Assembly (NCBI GenBank): GCA_043816765.1
Contig: JBDRHN010000040.1
Coordinates: forward strand, 1 to 23,748
Origin: a bacterium
GTDB taxonomy: Bacteria > Patescibacteriota > Patescibacteriia > JBDRHN01
Length of the DNA: 23,748 bases
Direction of reading: 5' to 3'
Position numbers and translations under genes: made by a program. Below the pieces are notes generated by a model. It ran no database searches. It saw only the letters and a list, made by a program, of their open reading frames with translations, and was not told the DNA's origin. Shown piece after piece: positions 16,398 through 23,748 of this stretch (positions are counted from its first letter, which is position 1; every line of letters begins with the position of its first letter).

Positions 16398-18917
16398 TTA
16401 ATTTCCGCTCCCCGCTCTTTTATAAAACATTAATTTTAAAAACTCATTACAAACAAAATAAACGGCAACAAGCGCTAGTATAAGCGCAAGATGCGGAAAC
16501 GTCGGGCGCGTAAAATGGAAAACCTTTTCCCCGAAAGAACTGAACGGAAGCCATATTGTGGCAACCGCGGCAACAACAGTTAATGATATTAAAGACGTGG
16601 ACGGCGTGGTTGCTTTCAAGAAAAAAGACTTGGTGCGAATGGAAAAAATCAGAACAAGCTCTGTGAGTATGCTCCCGATAAACCAATTTGTCTGAAGAAC
16701 CGCGGGTGAAATTTTGAAAAACAGCGCGAAAAATATAAAGTCAAAAATAGTGCTCAAAACGCCCAGAACAATAGAAAACAAAACTATCTCTTTTACTTCA
16801 TACTTTTTGGGCGCGACAAGCTCTTCTTTATCAACTGTGTCGGTGGCGATTGAGATCATCGGCGAATCAGAGAGCAGATTCAAAAGAAGTATTTGAACGG
16901 GGAGCATCGGCAAAAAATCTACTATCAAAGAAGCGGTCGCAACAGCGAAAAAATTGCCGAAGTTGGAAGTGAGGGTTGATTTAATATATTTGGTGGTGTT
17001 AGCAAAAATTTTTCTTCCCTCTTCAATTCCGTCAAGAATTACAGTTAAATTCTTCTTGAGAAGAATAATATCAGCCGCTTCTCTTGCCACGTCCGCAACA
17101 GTATCAACAACAATTGAAACGCTCGCTATTTTTAAAGCTGGCGCGTCATTAATTCCTTCACCCAAAAATCCCACCACATTATTTTTTTGCAAAGTTTCTA
17201 TAATAGAATATTTTTGTTCCGGTGAAACGCGGGCAAATACTGAGAATTTTTTTAAGGCTTCAATCCTATTTTCTTCATCCAGTTTTTCCCAAGCCGATCC
17301 CGTCATAACTTCGGTGGGAAACAAAACCAGTCCGATTTGGTGAGCAACAGCTCCGGCAACATCAGCGCTGTCGCCTGTTATAATTTTTACTTTCACGCCC
17401 AATTTATTCGCCTTTTCCACAACTTTATAAGAACTTTTTTTAATCGGATCAACAAACGAAATAATTCCCAAAAAATTATAATTTTTCTCTTTTTCCAAAT
17501 CAATATCTTTTGTTAAATTTTTTTCTATGTCTTTTTGAGCGACAGCCAAAACCCTATGCCCTTGCTCTCCTTCCATTTTTATCCATTTTTCAATATTGTG
17601 TTTTTCTTGAGTGGAAATGTTGTGGCAAAAACGAAGCACCTCTTCCTGAGCTCCGCGGGTAATCATCTGAACTTTTGTTCCCTGTTGAACTAAAACGATA
17701 TTTCTTCTGGTTCTGGGATTAAAAGGCTCTTCATCTAATTTTTTAAAATTTACAAAGCAAATTTCTTGTTCTTTTTTTAGTTCTTGGCACAATGCAACAT
17801 CAAAAGGCTCCAGTCTTTTTTTCTCATCAAACGCCGACGCTAAATTCGCGGCAATTAATGTGTCTTCGGGAGAGTCGGAATAAAAATTCGCCACTTTTAG
17901 TTTGTTTTCTGTAAGGGTTCCTGTTTTATCTGTGCATAATATTTCAATCCCGCCCAAATCTTCAACAGCTGATAAACGTTTGACTATTACATTGTTTTCG
18001 GCTAAACGTTTAGCGCCTTGCGACAGAGAAAAAGTGGTTACAAGCGGTAATGCTTCCGGAATTACGCTGATAACAAGGGCGATAAAAAATACAACTAATT
18101 CAATAAAATTAATATTCCCGCCTTTGATTAACAAATTGGCGGCCAAAACTATAACAAGGGTAAGGGCGACGAGTTTTAATATAAATTTTGAAAATCTTGA
18201 AATCCCTTTTTCAAATTCGCTAATGTGTTTTGTCTGTGTTGAAAGTTTGGCAATGTTTCCAAGCGCCGTATTTTTTCCTGTCGCCAGCACAACGGCTTTT
18301 GCCTTGCCGCCCAAAACGTCTGTTCCCATAAAACCGAGATTTAATGCCTGATAATAAGCTGTCGCTTTTGTCTTTAAGGTATTTTCGTTCTTGTGAATAT
18401 TGATCGATTCGCCGGTCAAAACCTCTTCGGCGATTGTTAGGTTGTGTTGTTCTATAAAACGAACATCGGCCGAAACTTTGTCTCCCGTTTCCAAAATCAT
18501 AATATCGCCGGGAACCAAATCTTTTGATAAAATAACTTCCACTTTTCCATCGCGCAACACTTTTGCCTTTGGCATTGAGTATTTATTCAAAAATTGCGCT
18601 GTTTTTTCAGAACGATATTCCTGATAAAATCCAAGAATTGTATTGATAGCCAAAAAGATAAAAATCATCAATGAATCAAAACGTTCTCCCAATGCCAATG
18701 TGATTGCCATTGCAATCAAAAGCAAATATATAAAAGACGAATTAAATTGGCGAAAAAAAATCTTAAGCGCGCTCAATTTTTTGGATTTTAGCTCATTAAA
18801 GCCATATTTTTTAATCCTTTGCTGAACCTCGCTTTTTTTTAATCCTGTTTTATCGTCAGTTTTCAGTTCCGCTAAAATATCTTTTGTCTCTTTAATTGAA
18901 TAGTCAAAAATTTTCAT
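16398..18917 (-). CDS. P-type cation-transporting ATPase (P2-type, Ca2+/Mg2+-ATPase-like)
   Basis: Phosphorylation motif 'ILCTDKTGTLT', hinge 'GEGINDAPALK', 'TGD' and 'TGES' actuator-like 'LTGES', about 10 transmembrane segments, an N-terminal 'GLKKSEVQQRIKKYGFNEL' typical of Ca/Mg pumps; 839 aa. Confidence 0.9.
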   Translation of the reverse strand: MKIFDYSIKETKDILAELKTDDKTGLKKSEVQQRIKKYGFNELKSKKLSALKIFFRQFNSSFIYLLLIAMAITLALGERFDSLMIFIFLAINTILGFYQEYRSEKTAQFLNKYSMPKAKVLRDGKVEVILSKDLVPGDIMILETGDKVSADVRFIEQHNLTIAEEVLTGESINIHKNENTLKTKATAYYQALNLGFMGTDVLGGKAKAVVLATGKNTALGNIAKLSTQTKHISEFEKGISRFSKFILKLVALTLVIVLAANLLIKGGNINFIELVVFFIALVISVIPEALPLVTTFSLSQGAKRLAENNVIVKRLSAVEDLGGIEILCTDKTGTLTENKLKVANFYSDSPEDTLIAANLASAFDEKKRLEPFDVALCQELKKEQEICFVNFKKLDEEPFNPRTRRNIVLVQQGTKVQMITRGAQEEVLRFCHNISTQEKHNIEKWIKMEGEQGHRVLAVAQKDIEKNLTKDIDLEKEKNYNFLGIISFVDPIKKSSYKVVEKANKLGVKVKIITGDSADVAGAVAHQIGLVLFPTEVMTGSAWEKLDEENRIEALKKFSVFARVSPEQKYSIIETLQKNNVVGFLGEGINDAPALKIASVSIVVDTVADVAREAADIILLKKNLTVILDGIEEGRKIFANTTKYIKSTLTSNFGNFFAVATASLIVDFLPMLPVQILLLNLLSDSPMISIATDTVDKEELVAPKKYEVKEIVLFSIVLGVLSTIFDFIFFALFFKISPAVLQTNWFIGSILTELVLIFSIRTKSFFLKATTPSTSLISLTVVAAVATIWLPFSSFGEKVFHFTRPTFPHLALILALVAVYFVCNEFLKLMFYKRAGSGN

Positions 18918-18921
18918 GATA

Positions 18922-20061
18922 TTAAATTATTGATCCCGCCCATAAATTTTTGAGAAAAATTTTCCATGGCATAATTGTTATTCCTTCAACTTCCCGCATC
19001 TTTTTATCTAACGAAACAACAATTGTTTTTTTAGGGTTATATTCTTCTTTAAATGCCTTTATTCCCCGTAAATGTTGCGAGTGAACCTCAGATGCGCCTT
19101 TTACTTCAACTGCGGCATCTTGATCGCCAAGAATAAAATCCACCTCAAACCCTGATGCGGTTCTCCAATATGAAACCGCATATTCTAATCCAGAGTAATG
19201 GCTATGAGCTATTATTTCTTGAAAAATAAAATGTTCAAAGGCCCGGCCGAATATTTCACTACCAGCAGAAATAACCCCTCGCTTAAGAAGTGTGTTAGCA
19301 ATGCCAACATCAAACAGATAAAATTTTGGCGCTAAAATAACACGCCGTTTTGGTTTTTTTTGAAATGCCGGCACAAAACGCGCCAAAAGCGTATCTACTA
19401 AAATCTGAAAATATTCTTTAACAGTCGGACCGCTTACACCGCATTCTCGCGCAATATTAATAAAATTTATCACCTCCCCATTGCTGAATGATGCGGCTTC
19501 AAGAAAACGAGCGAAAGCCGGAATATTTCGAGTAAGCGCTTCAGCGGCGATCTCTTCCTTTAAATAATCTCCCACATACGAACGTCCCATGGGCGCCATA
19601 TTATCAGCCTGATAATGCCGAGGCAGGCAACCCTGATTAAGCGCTCGCATAAGATCAAAATCAGGAATTTCTTGCGACACGAGAGGAAAAAGTTGATACT
19701 TTAACGCTCGTCCTCCAAGAAGATTCCCGCTGCCGCGCCTAAGCTTCCTTGCGCTTGAACCGCATAAAATGAATTGTATATTTTTGTTTACAATAAGCCA
19801 TTGAATTTCATCAAGAAGTTGAGGTATTTTTTGCACCTCGTCAATAATTACGGGGGCAGTTGGGCGGTCGGCGAGAAGTTCTTCCCTGAGCAGTGATGGT
19901 TTACGATTAAGCCGTTCAAATTCATCAGATAAAAGCAAATCATAATATGGAGAATCTGTAAATAAAGTTTTTAAAAGCGTGCTTTTGCCGCTTTGGCGAG
20001 GTCCCCACAAAAAACAGCTTTCTCGTTCTAAACCGTGAAATTTTTGCAATCTTTGATACAT
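18922..20061 (-). CDS. AAA-superfamily ATPase of the AAA_14 + DUF4143 type
   Basis: Walker A 'WGPRQSGKSTLL', Walker B-like 'VIIDEVQK', and a C-terminal region typical of DUF4143. GC content is visibly higher than the neighbouring AT-rich genes. The stop is 4 nt before the P-type ATPase ATG. Confidence 0.8.
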   Translation of the reverse strand: MYQRLQKFHGLERESCFLWGPRQSGKSTLLKTLFTDSPYYDLLLSDEFERLNRKPSLLREELLADRPTAPVIIDEVQKIPQLLDEIQWLIVNKNIQFILCGSSARKLRRGSGNLLGGRALKYQLFPLVSQEIPDFDLMRALNQGCLPRHYQADNMAPMGRSYVGDYLKEEIAAEALTRNIPAFARFLEAASFSNGEVINFINIARECGVSGPTVKEYFQILVDTLLARFVPAFQKKPKRRVILAPKFYLFDVGIANTLLKRGVISAGSEIFGRAFEHFIFQEIIAHSHYSGLEYAVSYWRTASGFEVDFILGDQDAAVEVKGASEVHSQHLRGIKAFKEEYNPKKTIVVSLDKKMREVEGITIMPWKIFLKNLWAGSII

Positions 20062-20154
20062 ATATTTTATAATTACATGATATTTAAAATATCTATTTTA
20101 TTTTATCATATAATTATAAACTTGTAAAATTTTAGTCTTTTAGTCTTTGCAAAT

Positions 20155-20179
20155 AAAAACCCCTATTTCTGGGGTTTTT
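20155..20179. terminator. Bidirectional rho-independent-terminator-like hairpin
   Basis: AAAAACCCC-tatttct-GGGGTTTTT. An A-tract and a T-tract flank an 8-9-bp GC stem. Confidence 0.6.
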
Positions 20180-20350
20180 AAATAGATAACTCAACCTCTG
20201 CATTTTTTTAAAAGCGTTAAAGTTGAGTAAATAAAAAATTTTTTTAATCCACTTGCGCCACATTATAAAATTTCACAGATTGAATTTGTGTTTTTCCTTC
20301 AATAGCGCCATGTTTAGTGGTATAGTGGTTCCATTCTAAATTCACCCGAT

Positions 20351-20456
20351 GCTCCGCCGCAGTCTCCCCGCGGGGACTGCGGCACGGGAACGAAATAGTC
20401 TTGTTTTGTTTGCTCCCAACGCGCGGGAGTCCTCTGCGGAGAGACTCCCGCGGAGC
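20351..20456. repeat. About 105-bp GC-rich element made of two related CCGCGG-centred hairpins inside an outer 7-bp stem
   Basis: Hairpin 1: GCCGCAGTC (20356-64) / GACTGCGGC (20375-83), enclosing the perfect palindrome TCCCCGCGGGGA. Hairpin 2: CGCGGGAGTC (20422-31) / GACTCCCGCG (20443-52), enclosing CTC..GAG. Outer stem: GCTCCGC (20351-57) / GCGGAGC (20450-56). Local GC is far above the flanks. Confidence 0.45.
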
Positions 20457-20866
20457 AGTAAATGGAATACACAACAAGATGAGAGGTCAAAAATATTATT
20501 TGAAGAGTATCCTGAATTGAAAGAGGCTTATGATATTTCAATGATGTTTCGCGGATGCTACGAATACAGCAAAAACATTTTTGAAGCCAAGAAAAAATTA
20601 GACGAGTGGTATAAAAAAATAGAAGATAAAAAAATGGATTATTTTCTCGTCGCCTCAGAATCAATTCGTTTGCATGAAACGACCGTGCTGAATTATTTTA
20701 TTAACAGAAGCACGAATGCTTCAGCAGAATCGTTTAATGCAAAGTTGAAAGGTTTCAGGGCTTTGGTCAGAGGTGTGAGAGATAAAACTTTTTTTCTTTT
20801 TAGAGTTGCTAAGTTGTACGGATAAGTCTATTTACTCCACCTAAATTGCGTATGAGCCCAAAAATT
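20455..20866 (+). mobile_element. ISL3-family transposase remnant: C-terminal ~120 codons plus the probable right inverted repeat; the 5' two-thirds of the IS are missing
   Basis: The translation matches conserved ISL3-transposase C-terminal blocks: 'ILFEEYPELKEAYDISMMFRGCYE...', 'LDEWYKKIEDKKMDYFLVASESIRLHETTVLNYFINRSTNASAESFNAKLKGFRALVRGVRDKTFFLFRVAKLYG'. The putative right inverted repeat ends near 20866 and reads GGGCTCATACGCAA... on the minus strand, ISL3-IR-like. The ORF's first ~35 codons (20349-20455) translate the GC-rich palindromes and are not transposase-like. Confidence 0.65.
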
Positions 20867-21093
20867 GTGTGCGGTTCTTTAAACCACCAATTCAAAAGGG
20901 CTTTTGAAGTTTCGCTCGCGTCTTCATAATTGTTTTTTCGCCACTCGGCTACTTTTTCCCGCAATTCCGGCACCAAAGGCGGCAAAAGCTTTTTATAACC
21001 TTCTTTGCGTAAATCTTCGTCAGCAGGAAACCACCTGATTGACGGATCAAGTATTTGGAATTTATCTTTGGGAAAATTTTTGTGTAAAGCCAT
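20809..21093 (-). pseudogene. N-terminal ~75-aa fragment of a Res-like (type III restriction / DEAD-DEAH helicase) protein, truncated by the ISL3 end. The last ~19 codons of the ORF read through into the IS.
   Basis: 'LLPPLVPELREKVAEWRKNNYEDASETSKALLNWWFKEPH' fits the conserved N-terminal block of type III Res-like helicases (...LxxLRxxVxxWRxxGYxGxTxTTxxLLxxWF). The helicase motifs that should follow are absent; the frame instead runs into the IS inverted repeat and the transposase 3' end. Confidence 0.5.
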
Positions 21094-21197
21094 AGTGGAT
21101 AAACTTATTTGTTAGAATTAACTAATTATCAACTAATTTAAATCCTTATTTTTAGCCATTTTTTGAATAATTTTCAACTAAAAATGACGGCTATTAA

Positions 21198-22832
21198 CTA
21201 ATTTACATCTTTTTTGATAACCCAAAATCCTGAACGTCGCCCGCCCTCATGTCTTATTTTTCCTTCAATTCGCAACTCGTAAAGAAAATTGGCTATATCG
21301 CCTGGTTTTAGTTCTGGAAAAACATCGATGAATTCTTCCTTTTTTCCCTTTCCTTCGCGGCGGATATGTTCCAAAATAAGTTCTTTTTTCTTTTCCCTGC
21401 TAATCCCCCTGATCCGAGTATATACACCCGGTTTCTCTTGGAAAGAATAATATTCGTGGGATAAAACATATTGAGATCCGCTAGTTTTGCCAATCTTCTC
21501 TATGATGCCAAATTCTAAAAATTTATCCTTGAAGTTAATGCCTTTCATCTTCTGTTTTTCCCTGATTTTTTCCAATTCCAAAATCTCTTCGAATGATAGC
21601 GTGATCTGCTTTTGATTGATTATTTTCTCCAAAAATATTATAAATTCCTTGTCTTTTACTTCCGCGGGAATATTCAAAATTACGGAATAGTTATCGGTTC
21701 CGGAAAAATCAGGCAATCCTTTCCCTTCGCGTATTGTGTTGCCGAAAATGATATCCATTCCTTGTCCTGAGCGCTCCACTAATCCTGCCAATTGAAAAAT
21801 TTCCGCGATACGGCGATTTCTCCACTCTGATCTTTCAAGAATATTCTCCGCGTTTACTCCATTCACAAACCCGCCGGGACTTTGTATAGATATTTTATCT
21901 GGTGCGGCTTTGATAAATATGGAGGCTGATTGGATATGATAATCTCTATGCGCGATCGCGTTTGCAATCGCCTCCCTGATAGATTCCTCATTAAATGCCG
22001 CGACTTCACGCTGGACGAATCCCTCGTGATATGGAAATCTGCTGTTTCTCGCGTTGATATTTTCCCACACTTCATTATAGATCTTGAAAAACGGTTCGCG
22101 CCATTCTTTTCTGGAGTCATGCCGGATTTTTTGCGTCTGGCGCCATTCGAAAATTATTTCTGCGCAAGGAAGCAATCCATCGATTTTTTGCTTCTTGCCG
22201 AAAAGTATCAATGCGGCGTTATTCAGCCCGTCATCATTCAGCGCCCCGATTGATCGCAAAGTTTTTTCGGCCGAAAATTCCGAATATTCTTTTTTCTTTT
22301 GTTTTTGCGCCCAAAGTTTTTTGAAGTTATCAACTGCTTCTTCGTCTATGTCAGAAAGCGCGAAACCTTTCACTGTTTGGCAAGAAAAATCCGGTTCTGT
22401 CTCATTCAAAATTTCTTTAATTTTATCTTGGCTCATTTCAGCCAAAGAACTGCCGGCGCGCATTGGATATTTGTAATCTCCGCTTGATTTTATTATTGAG
22501 CCAATTGAACGGCTGGGAATATGAAAAATGAGAATTCTCTTTTCTTTATAGATTTTTTCCTCTACGTCTATCCTTATGCCGAGATTATGCAATAAATCGT
22601 GAGACAAAGTATCATCTGTTCCTTGAAACGCTTTAGTTCCGATAATATTTTTATTATTCTCTACGCCCAAAATCAATTTTCCTCCGCCTTCATTTGCCAG
22701 CGCCGCGCAATAATCAGGCAAATCTTTCGTTTTGCTAAAACTATTTTCCGCTTTTTTGAATTCCAAACTCAACCCCTCGGGTTCTTTCAACCATTTTTCA
22801 AATTGCTCATCAATTGTTTGGTTTTTTGTCAT
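21198..22832 (-). CDS. AlbA_2 (Schlafen-like 'divergent AAA') + HATPase_c_4 putative transcriptional regulator (often mis-annotated as RecG-like)
   Basis: N-terminal 'LEFKKAENSF...LPDYCAALANEGGGKLILGVENNKNIIG' (AlbA_2), a central 'NRRIAEIFQLAGLVERSGQGMDIIF' (HATPase_c_4) and a C-terminal wHTH-like tail; 544 aa. Confidence 0.75.
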   Translation of the reverse strand: MTKNQTIDEQFEKWLKEPEGLSLEFKKAENSFSKTKDLPDYCAALANEGGGKLILGVENNKNIIGTKAFQGTDDTLSHDLLHNLGIRIDVEEKIYKEKRILIFHIPSRSIGSIIKSSGDYKYPMRAGSSLAEMSQDKIKEILNETEPDFSCQTVKGFALSDIDEEAVDNFKKLWAQKQKKKEYSEFSAEKTLRSIGALNDDGLNNAALILFGKKQKIDGLLPCAEIIFEWRQTQKIRHDSRKEWREPFFKIYNEVWENINARNSRFPYHEGFVQREVAAFNEESIREAIANAIAHRDYHIQSASIFIKAAPDKISIQSPGGFVNGVNAENILERSEWRNRRIAEIFQLAGLVERSGQGMDIIFGNTIREGKGLPDFSGTDNYSVILNIPAEVKDKEFIIFLEKIINQKQITLSFEEILELEKIREKQKMKGINFKDKFLEFGIIEKIGKTSGSQYVLSHEYYSFQEKPGVYTRIRGISREKKKELILEHIRREGKGKKEEFIDVFPELKPGDIANFLYELRIEGKIRHEGGRRSGFWVIKKDVN

Positions 22833-22868
22833 AAACAGTTTGGGAAATTTTTATATAGTGCCACAGTG

Positions 22869-23237
22869 TTATTTCTTTTCCATTAAATACTGCTGAATTT
22901 GTTTTTGCTGATCCAATATTAACTGCTGATTTTTTTGATTTTGATCCAGAAGTTCTTGATTAATTTTCTGTGTCTGTTCAACGGATTCAGTTTTTTCTGA
23001 ATATTCTTTATATGTTGCAGAATTAAAATGAAAAGAGTCAATAATTAAGGTTGCGACCATTACTAATAAAATTATAACGACACTAAGTAAAATATAATTT
23101 ATATCTTTTAATTTAGATTCGGCGGATTTTAGTTTATCCCCTAATAACTCAAATTCTTTATAAAAAATACGCCTTGCAACAGCTTCGTCGGTTGTTTCAA
23201 TATTACTTAAATCTTCTTTTTTAATTTCTCTAAGCAT
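22869..23237 (-). CDS. Small membrane protein: one transmembrane helix and a Gln-rich coiled-coil C-terminus (122 aa)
   Basis: Hydrophobic 'ILLSVVIILLVMVATLII', then 'QTQKINQELLDQNQKNQQLILDQQKQIQQYL'. ATG start. Spacing to the upstream ORF is 4 nt. Confidence 0.45.
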   Translation of the reverse strand: MLREIKKEDLSNIETTDEAVARRIFYKEFELLGDKLKSAESKLKDINYILLSVVIILLVMVATLIIDSFHFNSATYKEYSEKTESVEQTQKINQELLDQNQKNQQLILDQQKQIQQYLMEKK

Positions 23238-23241
23238 GTTT

Positions 23242-23463
23242 TTATCTGAAAAAACCTTTTATTATGTATAAATCTCCTTTTTTTTCAATCGCCATATCTT
23301 TGTCTTTATACATAAAAAAATCAATACCACCAAAAGTAACAGTAGGACCAAAAGAAATGCTATTTTTACCCAATTGAATACCGTTTATATAAATATCAAC
23401 CATGGGTGTAATCGTCCCATTTTCATTTGTTCTAAAAATTTCATTAAATTTATATCTTTCCAT
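23242..23463 (-). CDS. Hypothetical small protein (73 aa)
   Basis: ATG ORF 5 nt downstream of the stop of the edge-truncated gene. No recognisable motifs. Confidence 0.3.
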   Translation of the reverse strand: MERYKFNEIFRTNENGTITPMVDIYINGIQLGKNSISFGPTVTFGGIDFFMYKDKDMAIEKKGDLYIIKGFFR

Positions 23464-23468
23464 ATATT

Positions 23469-23748
23469 TTATATATTAACTTCAATCACCTTCGTCGTAT
23501 CATTTCCAAAAATATCAATCACTTTAATTGCGATTTTCATTTTGCCTTTTTGAGCGTCTTTGAAAGCGGAAGTCAACTCAAGCGACCGGTCTTTTTTGGT
23601 TCTAAATGATTGCCATTCGTTTTCAAAAATATAACTTCCTGTCCATTCTTCTTTTTCTTTTCCTGTTTTTTCGTCAACTACACGGACGATTTCCTTTTTG
23701 CTTTCAAACTCAAAATCTACCGACCAATAATCAATCCAGTCCGTCCAT
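23469..23748 (-). CDS. 3' end (C-terminal ~93 aa) of a gene running off the window. Putative adenine-specific DNA methyltransferase (type III Mod-like) C-terminus.
   Basis: The minus-strand frame is open from the window edge to the TAA at 23469-23471 and reads '...KMKIAIKVIDIFGNDTTKVIEVNI'. That tail resembles the C-terminal ends of Mod-type N6-adenine methyltransferases. This is recalled from memory and has not been searched. Confidence 0.4.
   Translation of the reverse strand, partial: WTDWIDYWSVDFEFESKKEIVRVVDEKTGKEKEEWTGSYIFENEWQSFRTKKDRSLELTSAFKDAQKGKMKIAIKVIDIFGNDTTKVIEVNI

Noticed and set aside
20134-20150. TAGTCTTT tandem duplication upstream of the AAA ATPase
   Set aside because: Only two copies of an 8-mer, probably part of the promoter spacer, with no supporting symmetry.
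20349-20455. The first ~35 codons of the plus-strand ORF 20349..20825, taken as a genuine transposase N-terminus
   Set aside because: This part is the translation of the GC-rich nested palindromes (Arg/Pro/Ser/Ala-rich). ISL3-like similarity starts only near 20455-20475.
20244-20664. Minus-strand ORFs 20244..20477 and 20314..20664
   Set aside because: They run antisense through the palindromic element and the transposase fragment. They show no motifs, their composition is odd, and both are explained by the structured and IS sequence.
1-23748. CRISPR arrays, rRNA and tRNA genes
   Set aside because: There are no regularly spaced direct repeats of 25-40 bp, no rRNA-like conserved stretches and no convincing tRNA cloverleaf in any intergenic region.

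Overview
This is an AT-rich, gene-dense bacterial segment with short intergenic spacers, mostly minus-strand genes after 7.7 kb, and near-consensus sigma70 promoters. The composition resembles a small-genome, low-GC lineage such as Patescibacteria, but that is inferred from composition and gene style only.

The window divides into three parts:
- 1..7725 (plus strand): housekeeping genes (3' part of PNPase, a 976-aa signal-peptide repeat protein, a PfkB sugar kinase, acetyl-CoA synthetase), each ending in a clean rho-independent terminator.
- 7785..18917 (minus strand): a GalT-like gene, then two paralogous AbiEi/AbiEii type IV toxin-antitoxin modules on either side of an SPFH/prohibitin gene and glgA, followed by an RsuA-type pseudouridine synthase and a P-type cation ATPase.
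- 18922..23748: a compositionally different, decayed defense-like island with a DUF4143-type AAA ATPase, a GC-rich nested-palindrome element, an ISL3-family transposase remnant cutting off a Res-like helicase gene, an AlbA_2/HATPase_c_4 regulator, two small ORFs, and a probable Mod methyltransferase 3' end at the window edge.

The most system-like and least described item is the second AbiE module. It is fused by start/stop overlaps to a P-loop nucleotide-kinase-like gene and a small ORF, and sits 12 bp upstream of glgA. No rRNA, tRNA or CRISPR array was seen.
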